Position numbers and translations under genes: made by a program. From the human T2T-CHM13v2.0 reference genome, Homo sapiens, in assembly GCF_009914755.1 (NCBI RefSeq), contig NC_060935.1: a DNA stretch of 64,000 bases. One strand, given 5' to 3'. How positions within the stretch are numbered: the stretch's first letter is position 1; every line of letters begins with the position of its first letter. The notes under the pieces were generated by a model. The model was not told where the DNA came from. It did not search any database and worked only from the letters and a program-made list of their open reading frames with translations. Below, one piece after another: positions 29,368 to 44,820 of this stretch.

Positions 29368-31224
29368 CATTAGTGTCTTTAAAACTAATCATATTAGACA
29401 GCCAATTCCAGAAATACCAGAGCTACTAATTGTAAAGGTTAGCAAGTCCAACATTTGTAGGGTGAGTTGGCAGGCAGGAGACCCAGAAGGGCTACTGTTT
29501 CAGTCTGAGTCCATAAGCAGTCTTCCATAGAACCAGGAAGAGTCAATGTGGTTGATGATGTCTGAGACAGTCTTTTGAAGAATACTCTTTTCTTCGTGAG
29601 AGGGTGGTCATTTTATGCCAATCGACCAATTAGATGAAGCTCACCGAAATGATGGAGGGCAATCTGCTTTATTCCAATTCCACAGATTGGAGCCATGTAT
29701 GATGTTAGGCCTTCTCTACAAAGGTTTTTCCTCTTTAAAATATAAATGTATTTGAATAACCACGCAGCACAATGATGTGCAGACAGGCAGACTAAACAAT
29801 TGTTCAAAACATAAATATATGAAGGAACTTCCTTTAATATATCAATTTGTTATATTTAATATTACAACATTATTGAATTTTTGTCATCATATATATACAT
29901 TTTAAATACTGGTAAAAATTAGGTCGCAAAATTAATATTATAACTAAATCATTGAAAAATATGTGACAAGAGCCTTGAACCAGATCCTTTATTTTTTGTT
30001 ATATTTAATAAATTTGTTTTTTAAATTATTAATACATACTCAAATATTCTATCAGGATTAAATTTAAATATTCTAAATTTAGTATCTTGATTGTGATTTT
30101 CTTCTGTCTACTCTTTATGACTTTGAAGTATTTTTTAGTCAAGTAAAAGATGTTTCAGAAATTATGTGATCTGTTAATACCCAAAATTACCACAATTATA
30201 TTACCACAATACTATTTGTTACATCATAGTGGGCTTAATATTACTTTAAATAAATGATATAGAGAAAAGCTATGATGTTAAGCACTTCAGCTAAATTTGT
30301 CTTTAAACCAGCATTTTTACTAGATGCCAAAAGATGAGTTTTCCTGGTTTAGCCTAAGTCAATATTAGCATATATAGAAAAGATTGAGAGTTATAAAGAG
30401 TAAATGACTATGATTCTGGAAGAAATTAATAATATACGATCAGCTTTGAAAATTAATATAAAGCCACATCTATAAATACAAATTTAGTAGAAGACATAAC
30501 TCTCCAAATATCTTGAGTTTGACATTGAAACACTAAATTTGCAAAGGAGGAGAGAAATAATAGCCATTTATTGAGCACTTGCTATAGAAATAGACTTTTG
30601 TGCACATTGTTTTATTGCAACTTTGTAGTAAATCTCACAGCTATCAAGTGCCAGAGGCAAGATTAAACTTCCTGTCACCCAAATAATGCATGGACTTTTC
30701 AATGATTTACTGCCTTCTATTAGACCTTGTCTACATTCTGAAAGTTACATTCCAACCCCACCCACTATCCCCAGTGAAATAAAACAAAACATGATTCTCG
30801 AGGTATTTGGATTTTTTTAACCATTGAAGCTAGAGAAACAATAGAAGTAAGTAGCAGTCCTAAGTGACTTCTAGATACCATGGCTAGCAAAAATAAACTT
30901 AAAATAATTTTTTATTGTTTTTCTTGTTATATCAAAATATAAATGCTCATTAGTTGAATAAGATAAATATGTTCTTGCCCTTTATTGGTAAATTCCTGAT
31001 TGTTCATACTTCAAACTGATCTGTTTTCAACTGGTTTTCAATTATTGGCCAGAACTTTGCACAAATCAGGTGTGTATGAATACAAATTATTCACCTATAC
31101 AATGGTCAAGAATTAATGTGTTTTCTACAGTCTTTTTAGTAGCTAAAGTGTTTAGTACAAAATAACATATTTGATCTTGTTTTCTTAGGTTCTAGCTACT
31201 AAAATAATCTCCAAATGATCTGAA

Positions 31225-31370
31225 AATTTCTCCTACCTGTGGAACAGCAAATGTAGGTTTGATTTCCTAATGAATATGGTTCATATAGATTGTTTATATC
31301 CACTTACTTGAATGTTGATGAAACTCACAGGAGATATGCCCAAGAGAATATGCTTTCATTATCTTCCAGT
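31225..31370 (-). promoter_or_regulatory. Orphan paralog of the 1250-1390 promoter/first-exon module
   Basis: Colinear homology with 1250-1390; donor CAG|GTAGGA at 31237/31236, GATATAAA 31293-31300(-), TAATGA 31356-31361(-), degenerate O/E GCCCAAGAGAA 31338-31348. Confidence 0.55.
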
Positions 31371-31549
31371 TTAAGAACAGCAATATGATTTATTCAATAG
31401 TGAAAAAGTAAATGGCTTAGAAAAAGGTACCGTATGTTGACATTTATTGAATGGTTTTTTGTCCTCTGGTTAAAATGATGGCATTTAAAAATGTTTTAAA
31501 GTGTTTTAATATTAAATAAAAACCTTAAGATATGAGACATATATAATTT

Positions 31550-31843
31550 AATTTATTTGTTTATTTTTGAGACAAGGTCTTGCTCTGTGGCCCAGGCTAT
31601 AGTGCAATGCTGTGATCTCAGCTCATTGCAACCTCCACATCCCAGGCTCACCTCCACCTCAGCCTCCTGAGTAGCTGGGACTATAGTTGTGCACCACCAT
31701 GTCTGTCAAGTTTTTCTAATTTCAGTAGAGATGGGGTTTCTCTATGTTGTCCAGGCTGGTCTCCAACTTCTAGGCTCAAGCTGTTGGCCTGTTTTGGTTC
31801 CCAAAGTTCTGGGATTACAGTCATGAGCATCTGTGCCTGGCCA
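31550..31843 (-). mobile_element. AluJ
   Basis: Alu body. Confidence 0.85.
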
Positions 31844-32204
31844 TGACACACAATTTTATAACATAACTTTGACACTGGCTTAAAACTTAACTTCTCTGAG
31901 GCCTAGTGTCCTCATGCTGGCAATATAAGCCATTTTATATTGCAATGAGTCAGTAAATATAGTGAACTATAATAACATTGAATCACCATATGTCTTCCAC
32001 ACAATCTAGCAGATAGATTTACAGTCATTCAAATGCATTACACTTTCATTCTGTTAAAATTATAAACTGCTATGTTTGCAGTGAATAAAGTATAATACTT
32101 GAAATCATTGGAGTATTAATAGCAAATTAATAAGAAAGCTACAAAAATGCCATAGACTTAAAGAAGGCAAAAAATTTACATCTCTGTAAAACATCATAAG
32201 TCAT

Positions 32205-36410
<4,206 letters not shown>

Positions 36411-36411
36411 C

Positions 36412-36530
36412 AGAAAGAAAGAAAGAAAGAGAGAGAGAAAGGGAAAAAAAGAGAAAGAGAGGAAAGAAGGAAGGAAGGAAGGAAGGAAGGAAAAGGTAGA
36501 AAGAGAAAAAAGGAAGGAGAGAAAGAAGCT
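36412..36530 (+). repeat. GA-rich L1 tail microsatellite
   Basis: Direct. Confidence 0.9.
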
Positions 36531-37689
36531 GATGCAAGGCAGGCATAAACTTTCACTAATAAACTCAGAATCTCCATCAACATATTTAAAAAATCAATAA
36601 ACAAGCAAACATGAAATGAGTGAAAGTGAAAAATACATAAATGGATAATTTTTATTTGTTTTTTCAAAATTATATCAAAGACTACCACCACAAAACCTGA
36701 AAATAAAAAGAATATTGAGTCAAAGCACCCTGTTGCAACAGAATCTTGTTAAATCAGCAACTTTTTTTTTTTTTTTTTACCAGACACAGAATTAACTGGG
36801 AAAAGGAAGGATTAACAGTACCTATAACACATGGAATTCGTGAATTTTCAAACTCCACCAGTAAAAAGAAAAGACAATTTATTGAGTGAAAATTCCAGCA
36901 AAGTCAAGCTGGAAGAGTAGATAAGCTTTTATATGTTCCAAGTTTCAGGTGAATTACCACCCCAACCCCTGTGCAGTCTCAATACAGGTGTCGCCAAAGG
37001 ATCGTGAATGATTGAAACTGTGCTCAAGGTAATTAAGGATGTCACAAATGTGCAGCATATACACCCTTTCAGTAGGACAAGTAAAGACTTGTCCTTGTTT
37101 CCCTAAGGAAAACAAAACGCTGAAAAAAAAAAAAAGCTAACTGAGTCAAGTAGAATCATTGGGAAGAAAAGCTTCACTAAGAAAGGAGAATTCTGGGAGA
37201 TGTAGTTCTCAGAACACTTAGGGCAACATAAAATGTCTAAGGTGTGGAGAACCACTTTGAAAGGCAAGAACTGACTGTCTATAGGACTCAAGGAAGAGCA
37301 GGGAGAATTTGCTCATAAATTAGGCTTAGGTCTGAGAGCTAAAGTAGCTTTACAGTAATATTTTAAGGCCACAATGAAAGCTAGAGAGTGATTCCTTCAG
37401 CATGAACCTGGAAAAGTTACTTTGATATATCACCAACTTCCTATGTACCTTCTTCTGAGAGTCAAGATGCCCAGCACATTTAAACATGGATGGAGCAAGA
37501 AGATGGCAATTGAACTCCATATGATGAGAGTTAAAGTATACAAGGATGAAAATAACAAAATAATGTTTTAGAAGGTTGCCAGCAGCCCGTTACCATTGTC
37601 AGCAGCCTCAGCTACCTTATTCTGTCCTCTAGTCATTATCTATTCTGAAGCAATGATAAATTTATGTAATAGCTAGTTTTCTAAAGTTT

Positions 37690-38960
37690 TAATATAAACA
37701 GAAAAATTTACCATTTATAAGTGTCAGTTATATGAATTTTGATAAACACAAGTAGGTAAGCAAATCAAGTTATAGTATATTTTCATTACCCTATAAAGTC
37801 CTCTCATCACTTTGTAGCCAATTACTTTCCTTTACTCCCAAGTTCTGGCAACCACAGATGTGCTTTCTGTTGTGATTTTGCCTGGTCCAGGATATTATAT
37901 CAATGGAATCACAATGTATGTAACTTTTTGAGTTTGGCTTTTTCAACTTAGCAAGAAGTATTTGAGATTCATTCCTGTACTAGATAATTATATTTTATAC
38001 CTACTTATCACTGAGTAGTATTCCATATTATGGATGTACTACAATTGTTTTATTCATTCACTAGGTGTTGGAAATGTGTTTATTTTTCTGAGTAATGTGC
38101 CTTTGAATTTCATCCATGTCTTTTTATGACTTGATAGTTCATTTCTTTTTAGAGCTGAATAATATTTCATTATCTGGATAAACCACAGTTTATTAATACA
38201 TTTATTTACTGAAGAGCATTTTAGTTGCTTGTAAGTTTTGGCAATTATAAATAAAGCTTCTGTAAACATCCATGTGCAAAACTTTGTGTGGATATTGTTT
38301 CCTTTGGGTAAGCACCAAAGAGCATGATTACTGGATTATAAGTAAATTTAGCTTTGTAAGAAGCTTCCAAACTGTCTTGCAAAGTAGTTGGACCATTTTG
38401 CATTCCCACCAGTAATGAATGAGAATTCCTGTTTTCCTGTTGCTGCACATCACCGCCAGCTTTTGCTGTTTTCTGTGTTCTGGGATTTTGGTCACTCTAG
38501 TTATGAAGAGATATATCATTGTTTTTTTTGCATTTCCTTGATGACCTATGATGTGGAGCATCAATTTCATATGGTTACATGCCATATGTATATCTTTTAT
38601 GGGGTATCTTTGACTCATTTTTAAAATCATTTTTTTTTTTTTTTTGAGACGGAATCTTGCTCTGTCGCCCACGCTGGCGTGCGGAGGCACAATCTCAGCT
38701 CACTACAACCTCTGCCTTTCAGGCTGGAAGCTGGAACTACAGGCGAGCCACTGCACCCGGCCTTTTTGACCATTTTAGGTGGTTTTTAAGGTCTTTGACT
38801 CATTTTTAAATCAGGTTGTTTGTGTTCCTATTGAGTTTTAAACAGTTCTTTGTAAATTTTAGATAACAGTCTTTTATCAGATGTGTCCTTGCAAGTATTT
38901 TCTCCTAGTCTGTTGTCATTTCATTCTTTTGATCATCCATGTATTTTTCATCACATTTTG
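37690..38960 (-). mobile_element. Old L1M fragments with an internally deleted Alu (38630-38762)
   Basis: L1 3' homology on minus strand. Confidence 0.65.
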
Positions 38961-39203
38961 GATAATTTCTTATGTGCATATCAAAGAACAAGTATATAGA
39001 TTAGTATATCAATTCTTGAAGATAGAAAAGATCTCGCAGAACTTAAAAAATTGACCTTTAACTCTGCCATATATCTGAGTCTAATGTTCTAGTTCACAGA
39101 AAATTATTACATAGAACATCTGCATATTGCCCTAACTCTTCTGTTAATATTCTCTATTCATAGATTTACCTTATAATTATGTGCATTAATATCTCCTCTA
39201 TTA

Positions 39204-39501
39204 ATTTTTTTTTTTGAGATGGAATCTCACTCTTTCACCCAGGCTAGAGTGTGCAGTGGCATGGTCTCGGCTCACTGCCAACCTCTACCACCTGGGTTCA
39301 AGCAATTCTCATGCCTCAGCCTCCCCAGTAGCTGGGATTACAGGCGTCCACCACCAAGCCCGGCTAATTTTTTGTATTTTTAGTAGAGATGGGGTTTTTC
39401 CATGTTGGCCAGGCTGTTCTCGAACTCCTGACCTCAGGTGATCTGCCTGTCTCGGCCTCCCAAAGTGCTGGGATTACAGGCATGAGCCACCGCACCTGGC
39501 C
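39204..39501 (-). mobile_element. AluS
   Basis: Alu body, TSD ctatta. Confidence 0.9.
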
Positions 39502-39929
39502 TATTAAATTTTCAATGAAGTTAAATCTCTCTCATACCATTTAGAATTAGAGGACTGTCAAATTTAAATAAATATAGTAACCTTTATTAAATGATTATAT
39601 GTCTTGTCATAGGTTATGTTTTCATATTATTTCATTATGTATGTGACAATAGGACTTCCAGATAATTCATAGGTTATAATTTCAAGAAGAAACTGAATTT
39701 TAGAGAATTTAAGTTATTAATTTGATAGCATGTAGATAATTAGAATCAGAGCTAGCACTATGGCCTGTATTATTAGCTTTCTTTTTCAGTAATATGCATA
39801 TTTTTTTCCACTGGGGGATTATTTTGGACCTAGGTAGAAAGTACACTTATGTGATCATTGGAATCATGTAATGCATGTTCCAGATCAGTTACTTGTTCAC
39901 TACAGAAAAAAAAAAAAATCATAATTTGT

Positions 39930-40080
39930 TTTATCCCAGAAGAGAATTAGTGTGTTTTCTTCTTTGGGCATCCCTGTGGAATTCTAGAGCTCAAGGGCCT
40001 GGTATAAGAATTCAAATGCACAATATTCATAGCATACCTGAATTGAGTGAGCAGTTCATTTCCAAAGGTAAGAGAAAAGG
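39930..40080 (+). promoter_or_regulatory. Putative OR5T1 promoter/first exon
   Basis: O/E-like TCCCTGTGGA 39971-39980, GGTATAAGAA 40001-40010, donor AAG|GTAAGA at 40067/40068. Confidence 0.6.
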
Positions 40081-41018
40081 AATCTGATCACTTGTAAAAT
40101 ATTAAGAAGCTCTCACCTTGAATTTAAGACTAAAACATATTCCTTACTATTTAAATATAAGAAAGAGGGTTCTGTTTAATGTGAAGCTGTATTACAAATT
40201 GAATCACATACTTTCCAAGGATCATAGGAGAGAATACGTGTGTTGTTTTAGCAACAGTTTATAAAAATAATTGTATTACTTGTTATTGGATGGTATTTAT
40301 TTTATAGAAATTTCAGAAGTTACGTAAGAATCATAGTAAAAGGATAGCCATAATTCATTTTTGATATAAATATGTCACAAAAATACACCCAAGGACTTCA
40401 CAGGCATAATGACCAAATGATCATATAAATTGACACGTCTGATATTGGTTTTAAGTTAAAATCTGAAAAATAATAATGCTTAAAAAAACTGCACAGGCCA
40501 AAATGAACAAATTGGTGATATTTTTTTCAGGAAAGAAAAGTGAAACACAAAAGGAAAAATAAATGAAAAATGAACACCAAATTCTTTTGGTTTGCAAACA
40601 AGGTGCATCTATCTCCAGAATCAAATCTCTTGTATCCACCACCATTCTGTAAGTACTAATGCAACAGCAGGATAATTGCCAAAAAAAAAAAAAGGATTTG
40701 AAATGGTTTGGTCAGAAAGACTGTCTCAAATGATAAATTTTAATATAAGCCTGACATTGCATTTTCTAGTTATCTGGGCATATTTAAATATTAAATAACT
40801 TACATACTGTTTTTCCCATTTAAATACAACCCACTCTTATAATGTAGATATGATTGTTTCCATATTTAAAATGAGAAAAATAAAGTAATTCAATGGACTT
40901 TTTAGAAAACCTAGGAATAGCACTCAGTCTTTATGAGTTTTGAAACAATTTAATATTAAGAATAGATGGTAGTACATTTGATGGAAAATGAACAGGAAAT
41001 TAAACTGATTAAATAGAC

Positions 41019-41318
41019 TTTTTTTACACTTTAAGTTCTGGGGTACATGTGCAGAATGTGCAGTTTTGTTACATAGGTATACACGTGCCACGGTGGTTTG
41101 CTGCACGCATCAACCCGACACCTACCTTAGGTATTTCTCGTAACGTTATCCCTCCCCTAGCCTCCCACCCTCCGACCGGCCCTGGCGTGTGATGTTCCCC
41201 TTCCTATGTCCATGTGTTCTCATTGTTCAACTCCCACTTACGTGTGAGAACATGCGGTGTTTGGTTTTCGGTTCTTGAGATAGTTTGCTGAGAATGATGG
41301 CTTCCAGCTTCATCCATG
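41019..41318 (-). mobile_element. Short L1PA 3' end in the predicted OR5T1 5'UTR intron
   Basis: ctttaagttctggggtacatgtgcag...ttccagcttcatccatgt. Confidence 0.85.
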
Positions 41319-41533
41319 TTAAAAAGATAAATTTAGTGCATGATTGAATAAAATAATTTATTTAATTTATTTAATTACAGTAATGTATCCACTTGGACCC
41401 AATTTTATCACCACCTGTGCATTTGCTGACAAGGATTTCATCTTGCTTTTCCAAGAAACGAACATGAGGATATAATTGGATAAACTTAATTTTCACAGGC
41501 TGTTGCATTTAGTACATATAAACAATAGCTAAA

Positions 41534-42514
41534 ATGTCAGGGTTGCCTTCAGATATGGATCTATACAAGCTTCAATTAAACAATTTTACTGAAGTCACCA
41601 TGTTTATATTAATAAGCTTCACAGAAGAATTTGATGTGCAAGTCTTCCTATTTTTATTATTTTTAGCAATCTATCTATTCACTCTAATAGGCAATTTAGG
41701 GCTGGTTGTACCGATCATTGGGGATTTCTGGCTTCACAGCCCAATGTACTATTTTCTTGGTGTTTTATCATTCTTGGATGTCTGCTATTCTACAGTTGTC
41801 ACTCCAAAAATGTTGGTCAATTTCCTGGCAAAAAATAAATCTATTTCATTTCTTGGATGTGCAACACAGATGTTTCTTGCTTGTACTTTTGGAACCACAG
41901 AATGCTTTCTCTTGGCTGCAATGGCTTATGATCGCTATGTAGCCATCTACAACCCTCTCCTGTATTCAGTGAGCATGTCACCCAGAGTCTATGTGCCACT
42001 CATCACTGCTTCCTATGTTGCTAGCATTTTACATGCTACTATACATACAGTGGCTACATTTAGCCTGTCCTTCTGTGGATCCAATGAAATTAGGCATGTC
42101 TTTTGTAATATGCCTCCTCTCCTTGCTATTTCTTGTTCTGACACTCACGTAATCCAGCTTCTATTCTTCTACTTTGTGGGCTCTATTGAGATAGTCACTA
42201 TCCTGATTGTCCTGATCTCCTATGGTTTTATTCTGTTGGCCATTCTGAAGATGCAGTCTGCTGAAGGGAGGAGAAAAGTCTTCTCTACATGTGGAGCTCA
42301 CCTAACTGGAGTGACAATTTATCATGGGACAATCCTCTTCATGTATGTGAGACCAAGTTCCAGCTACACTTCGGACAATGACATGATAGTGTCAATATTT
42401 TATACCATTGTGATTCCCATGCTGAATCCCATCATCTACAGTTTGCGGAACAAAGATGTAAAGGAGGCAATCAAAAGATTGCTTGTGAGAAATTGGTTCA
42501 TAAATAAGTTATAG
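41534..42514 (+). CDS. OR5T1: Olfactory receptor family 5 subfamily T member 1
   Basis: 326-aa ORF with [37 protein letters not shown] and NFT glycosylation site; sequence recognised. Confidence 0.94.
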
Positions 42515-43000
42515 TTTTAAAATTGAGTAAAGTTGCAAATAATATTGGGTGTCAGTCCACATCTCTATGGTCAGAAAGTAGAGAAGAAAATGTGTTTCTT
42601 TTAGTTAACAGTGCTTGTAACTTCTAGAATATTTTCAAATAAAGCATCAATCAGCCTACTAATTCACCATTTTAGAAATATCAATATATTGTATCATGTA
42701 TAAAATATGGCTTGTATTCATAGCCTATGACAATGTTTAAACTAATCTGCATTAAATATTCATTGATGTGCAAACATTGCTGTTTTTAGTTTTTGTATAA
42801 CTTGATTTTCACTGGCTATGTTAATAATGATGTCCTCTGGATTCTATGGCTTCATGTGTTCCTACATAACTCTATAATGGGTGCTAAAGTAAGTTTTCCC
42901 AGCACCATTTATTGAAGAGGCTCTCCTTTCCCCAATGTATTTTCTTGGCACCTTTGTTGAAAATGAGTTCCATAGTATAATCTGAAGTCAGATAATGTTA

Positions 43001-44007
43001 TGTGGGTGGCAAGCCATCCAGGTGCTGAGACAAGAGACCGAGGGCACGAGCTGTTCCAGTATAATAAAATATATAAAACAATAAGAGTTATACTAGATCT
43101 AGATCATAGACATGATTATATATGAATATCATTAATCATTAGTTTGTAGCAATTACTCTTTATTCCAATGTTATAATAATCCTCGCTCTATAATCATAAC
43201 CTAGGAAAAACCAGGCCATACAGAGGTAGGAGCTGAGGGGACATAGTGAGAAGTGACCAGAAGGCAAGAGTGCGAGCCTTCTGTTTTGCCTGGACAGGGT
43301 CACCAGAGGTCTCCTTGGTCTAGCGGTAATGCCAGCGTCTGGGAAGACGCCCGTTGCCAAGCTGACCATGGTCTAGCGGTAGCCTCAGTGTCAAGGAAAA
43401 ACACCCGCTACTTAGCTGACCAGGAAAGGGATTCTCCCTTTCCCTGGGGGAGTTTAGAGAAGACTCTACTCCTCCACCTCTTGTGGAGGGCCTGACATGA
43501 GTCAGGCCCGCCCACAGTTATCCTGAGGCCTAACCGTCTCCCTGTGATACTGTGCTTCAGTGGTCACGCTCCTAGTCCGCCTTCATGTTCCACCCTGTAC
43601 ACCTGGCTCTGCCTTTTAGATAACAGTAGCAAAATTAGTGAAAGTACTAAAAGTCTCTGATATGCAGAAATAATGGCGCAAGCTGTCTCTCTCTCTCCCT
43701 CTCTCTCTCTGCCTTGGCTGCCAGGCAGGGAAGGGCCCCCTGTCCAGTGGACACGTAACCCACATGACCTTACCTACCATTAGAGATGACTCACACTCTT
43801 TACCCTGCCCCTTTTACTTTGTATCCAATAAATAACAGCACAGCCAGACATTCAGAGCCACTACCAGTCTCCGTGTCTTGGTGGTAGTGGTCCCCCAGGC
43901 CCAGCTGTCTTTTCTTTTATCTCTTTGTCTTGTGTCTTTATTTCTATGCTCTCTCATCTCTGCACACAAGGAGAAAACCCACCAACCCTGTGGGGCTGGA
44001 CCCTACA
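43001..44007 (+). mobile_element. LTR13 (HERV-K HML-4 family) solo LTR
   Basis: tgtgggtggcaagcc...ggaccctaca; 6-bp TSD ATGTTA at 42995-43000 and 44008-44013. Confidence 0.88.
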
Positions 44008-44377
44008 ATGTTATTTCTCCATTTTTTTTTTCTCTTTGCTTATGATAGCTTTGGCTATTCTGGGTCTTTTGTGTTTTCATATAAATTTTAAGGTTCTTAT
44101 TTATTTTTGTAAAGAATGTATTTGTATTTTGATAGGAATTGCATTGAATCTATAGATTGCTTTTGGTAGCCCAGGCATTTTAACAATATTGATTTTTCCA
44201 GTTCATGAACATGGAATATCTTTCCATTTTATGTGTCCTACTCAATTTATTTCATCAACATTTTATAGTTTTTATGGTACAGATCTTTCACTTCTTTGGT
44301 TATTCGTAGGTATTTAACTTTATTTATGGATATTGTAGATTTTTAAATTTCTTTTTCAGATTGATTGCTATTGGCAT

Positions 44378-44820
44378 CGTAAACCAAAGATAAAATTCAA
44401 ACCCCTGCACCCCACCCTTCCCCACAACCATCTGAATGGACTCCCTCCTCGGGCAGGGGACTCTAAAATTTAATGTGAAAGACCAGATTAGGCCATGACT
44501 GGAAGTAGGATCTGATGTGCCTCATTATAATCCTCCAGTGCTAGCATCAACACAGACCGTAAGTCTCATGAGAAACATTTACAATCTATTCTAAGCTTGC
44601 TACTTGGAGGCTTCAACTGCATGATAAAACCTTGGTCTGCACAATCCCTTATCTTAATCCAGACATTTCTTTCTACAGAAAACAACTCTTTCAACCAATT
44701 GCCAATCAGAATCTACTCAAATCTACCAATGACCTGGAAGTCCCACCCCTCCCCACCTCCTGCTTCAAGTTGTCCCACCCTTCCACATCAAACCAATGGA
44801 ATTTTACATGCATTGATGGA
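44378..44820 (+). mobile_element. MER4-group LTR, 3' truncated (copy 1)
   Basis: gtaaaccaaagataaaattc start; homologous to 47988-48400. Confidence 0.7.

Larger units (their letters stand above)
24558..29690 (-). mobile_element. Degraded ERVL provirus: MLT2 3' LTR 24558-25032, PPT/internal 25033-25278, gag remnants 28690-29425, partial MLT2 5' LTR 29430-29690
   Basis: Two same-orientation MLT2-like LTRs sharing tagaaccaggaagag; reverse PPT ccccttgtcaac; ERVL gag-like ccttttggtccatgttt..gagctgcaacattaaatgc. Confidence 0.75.
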
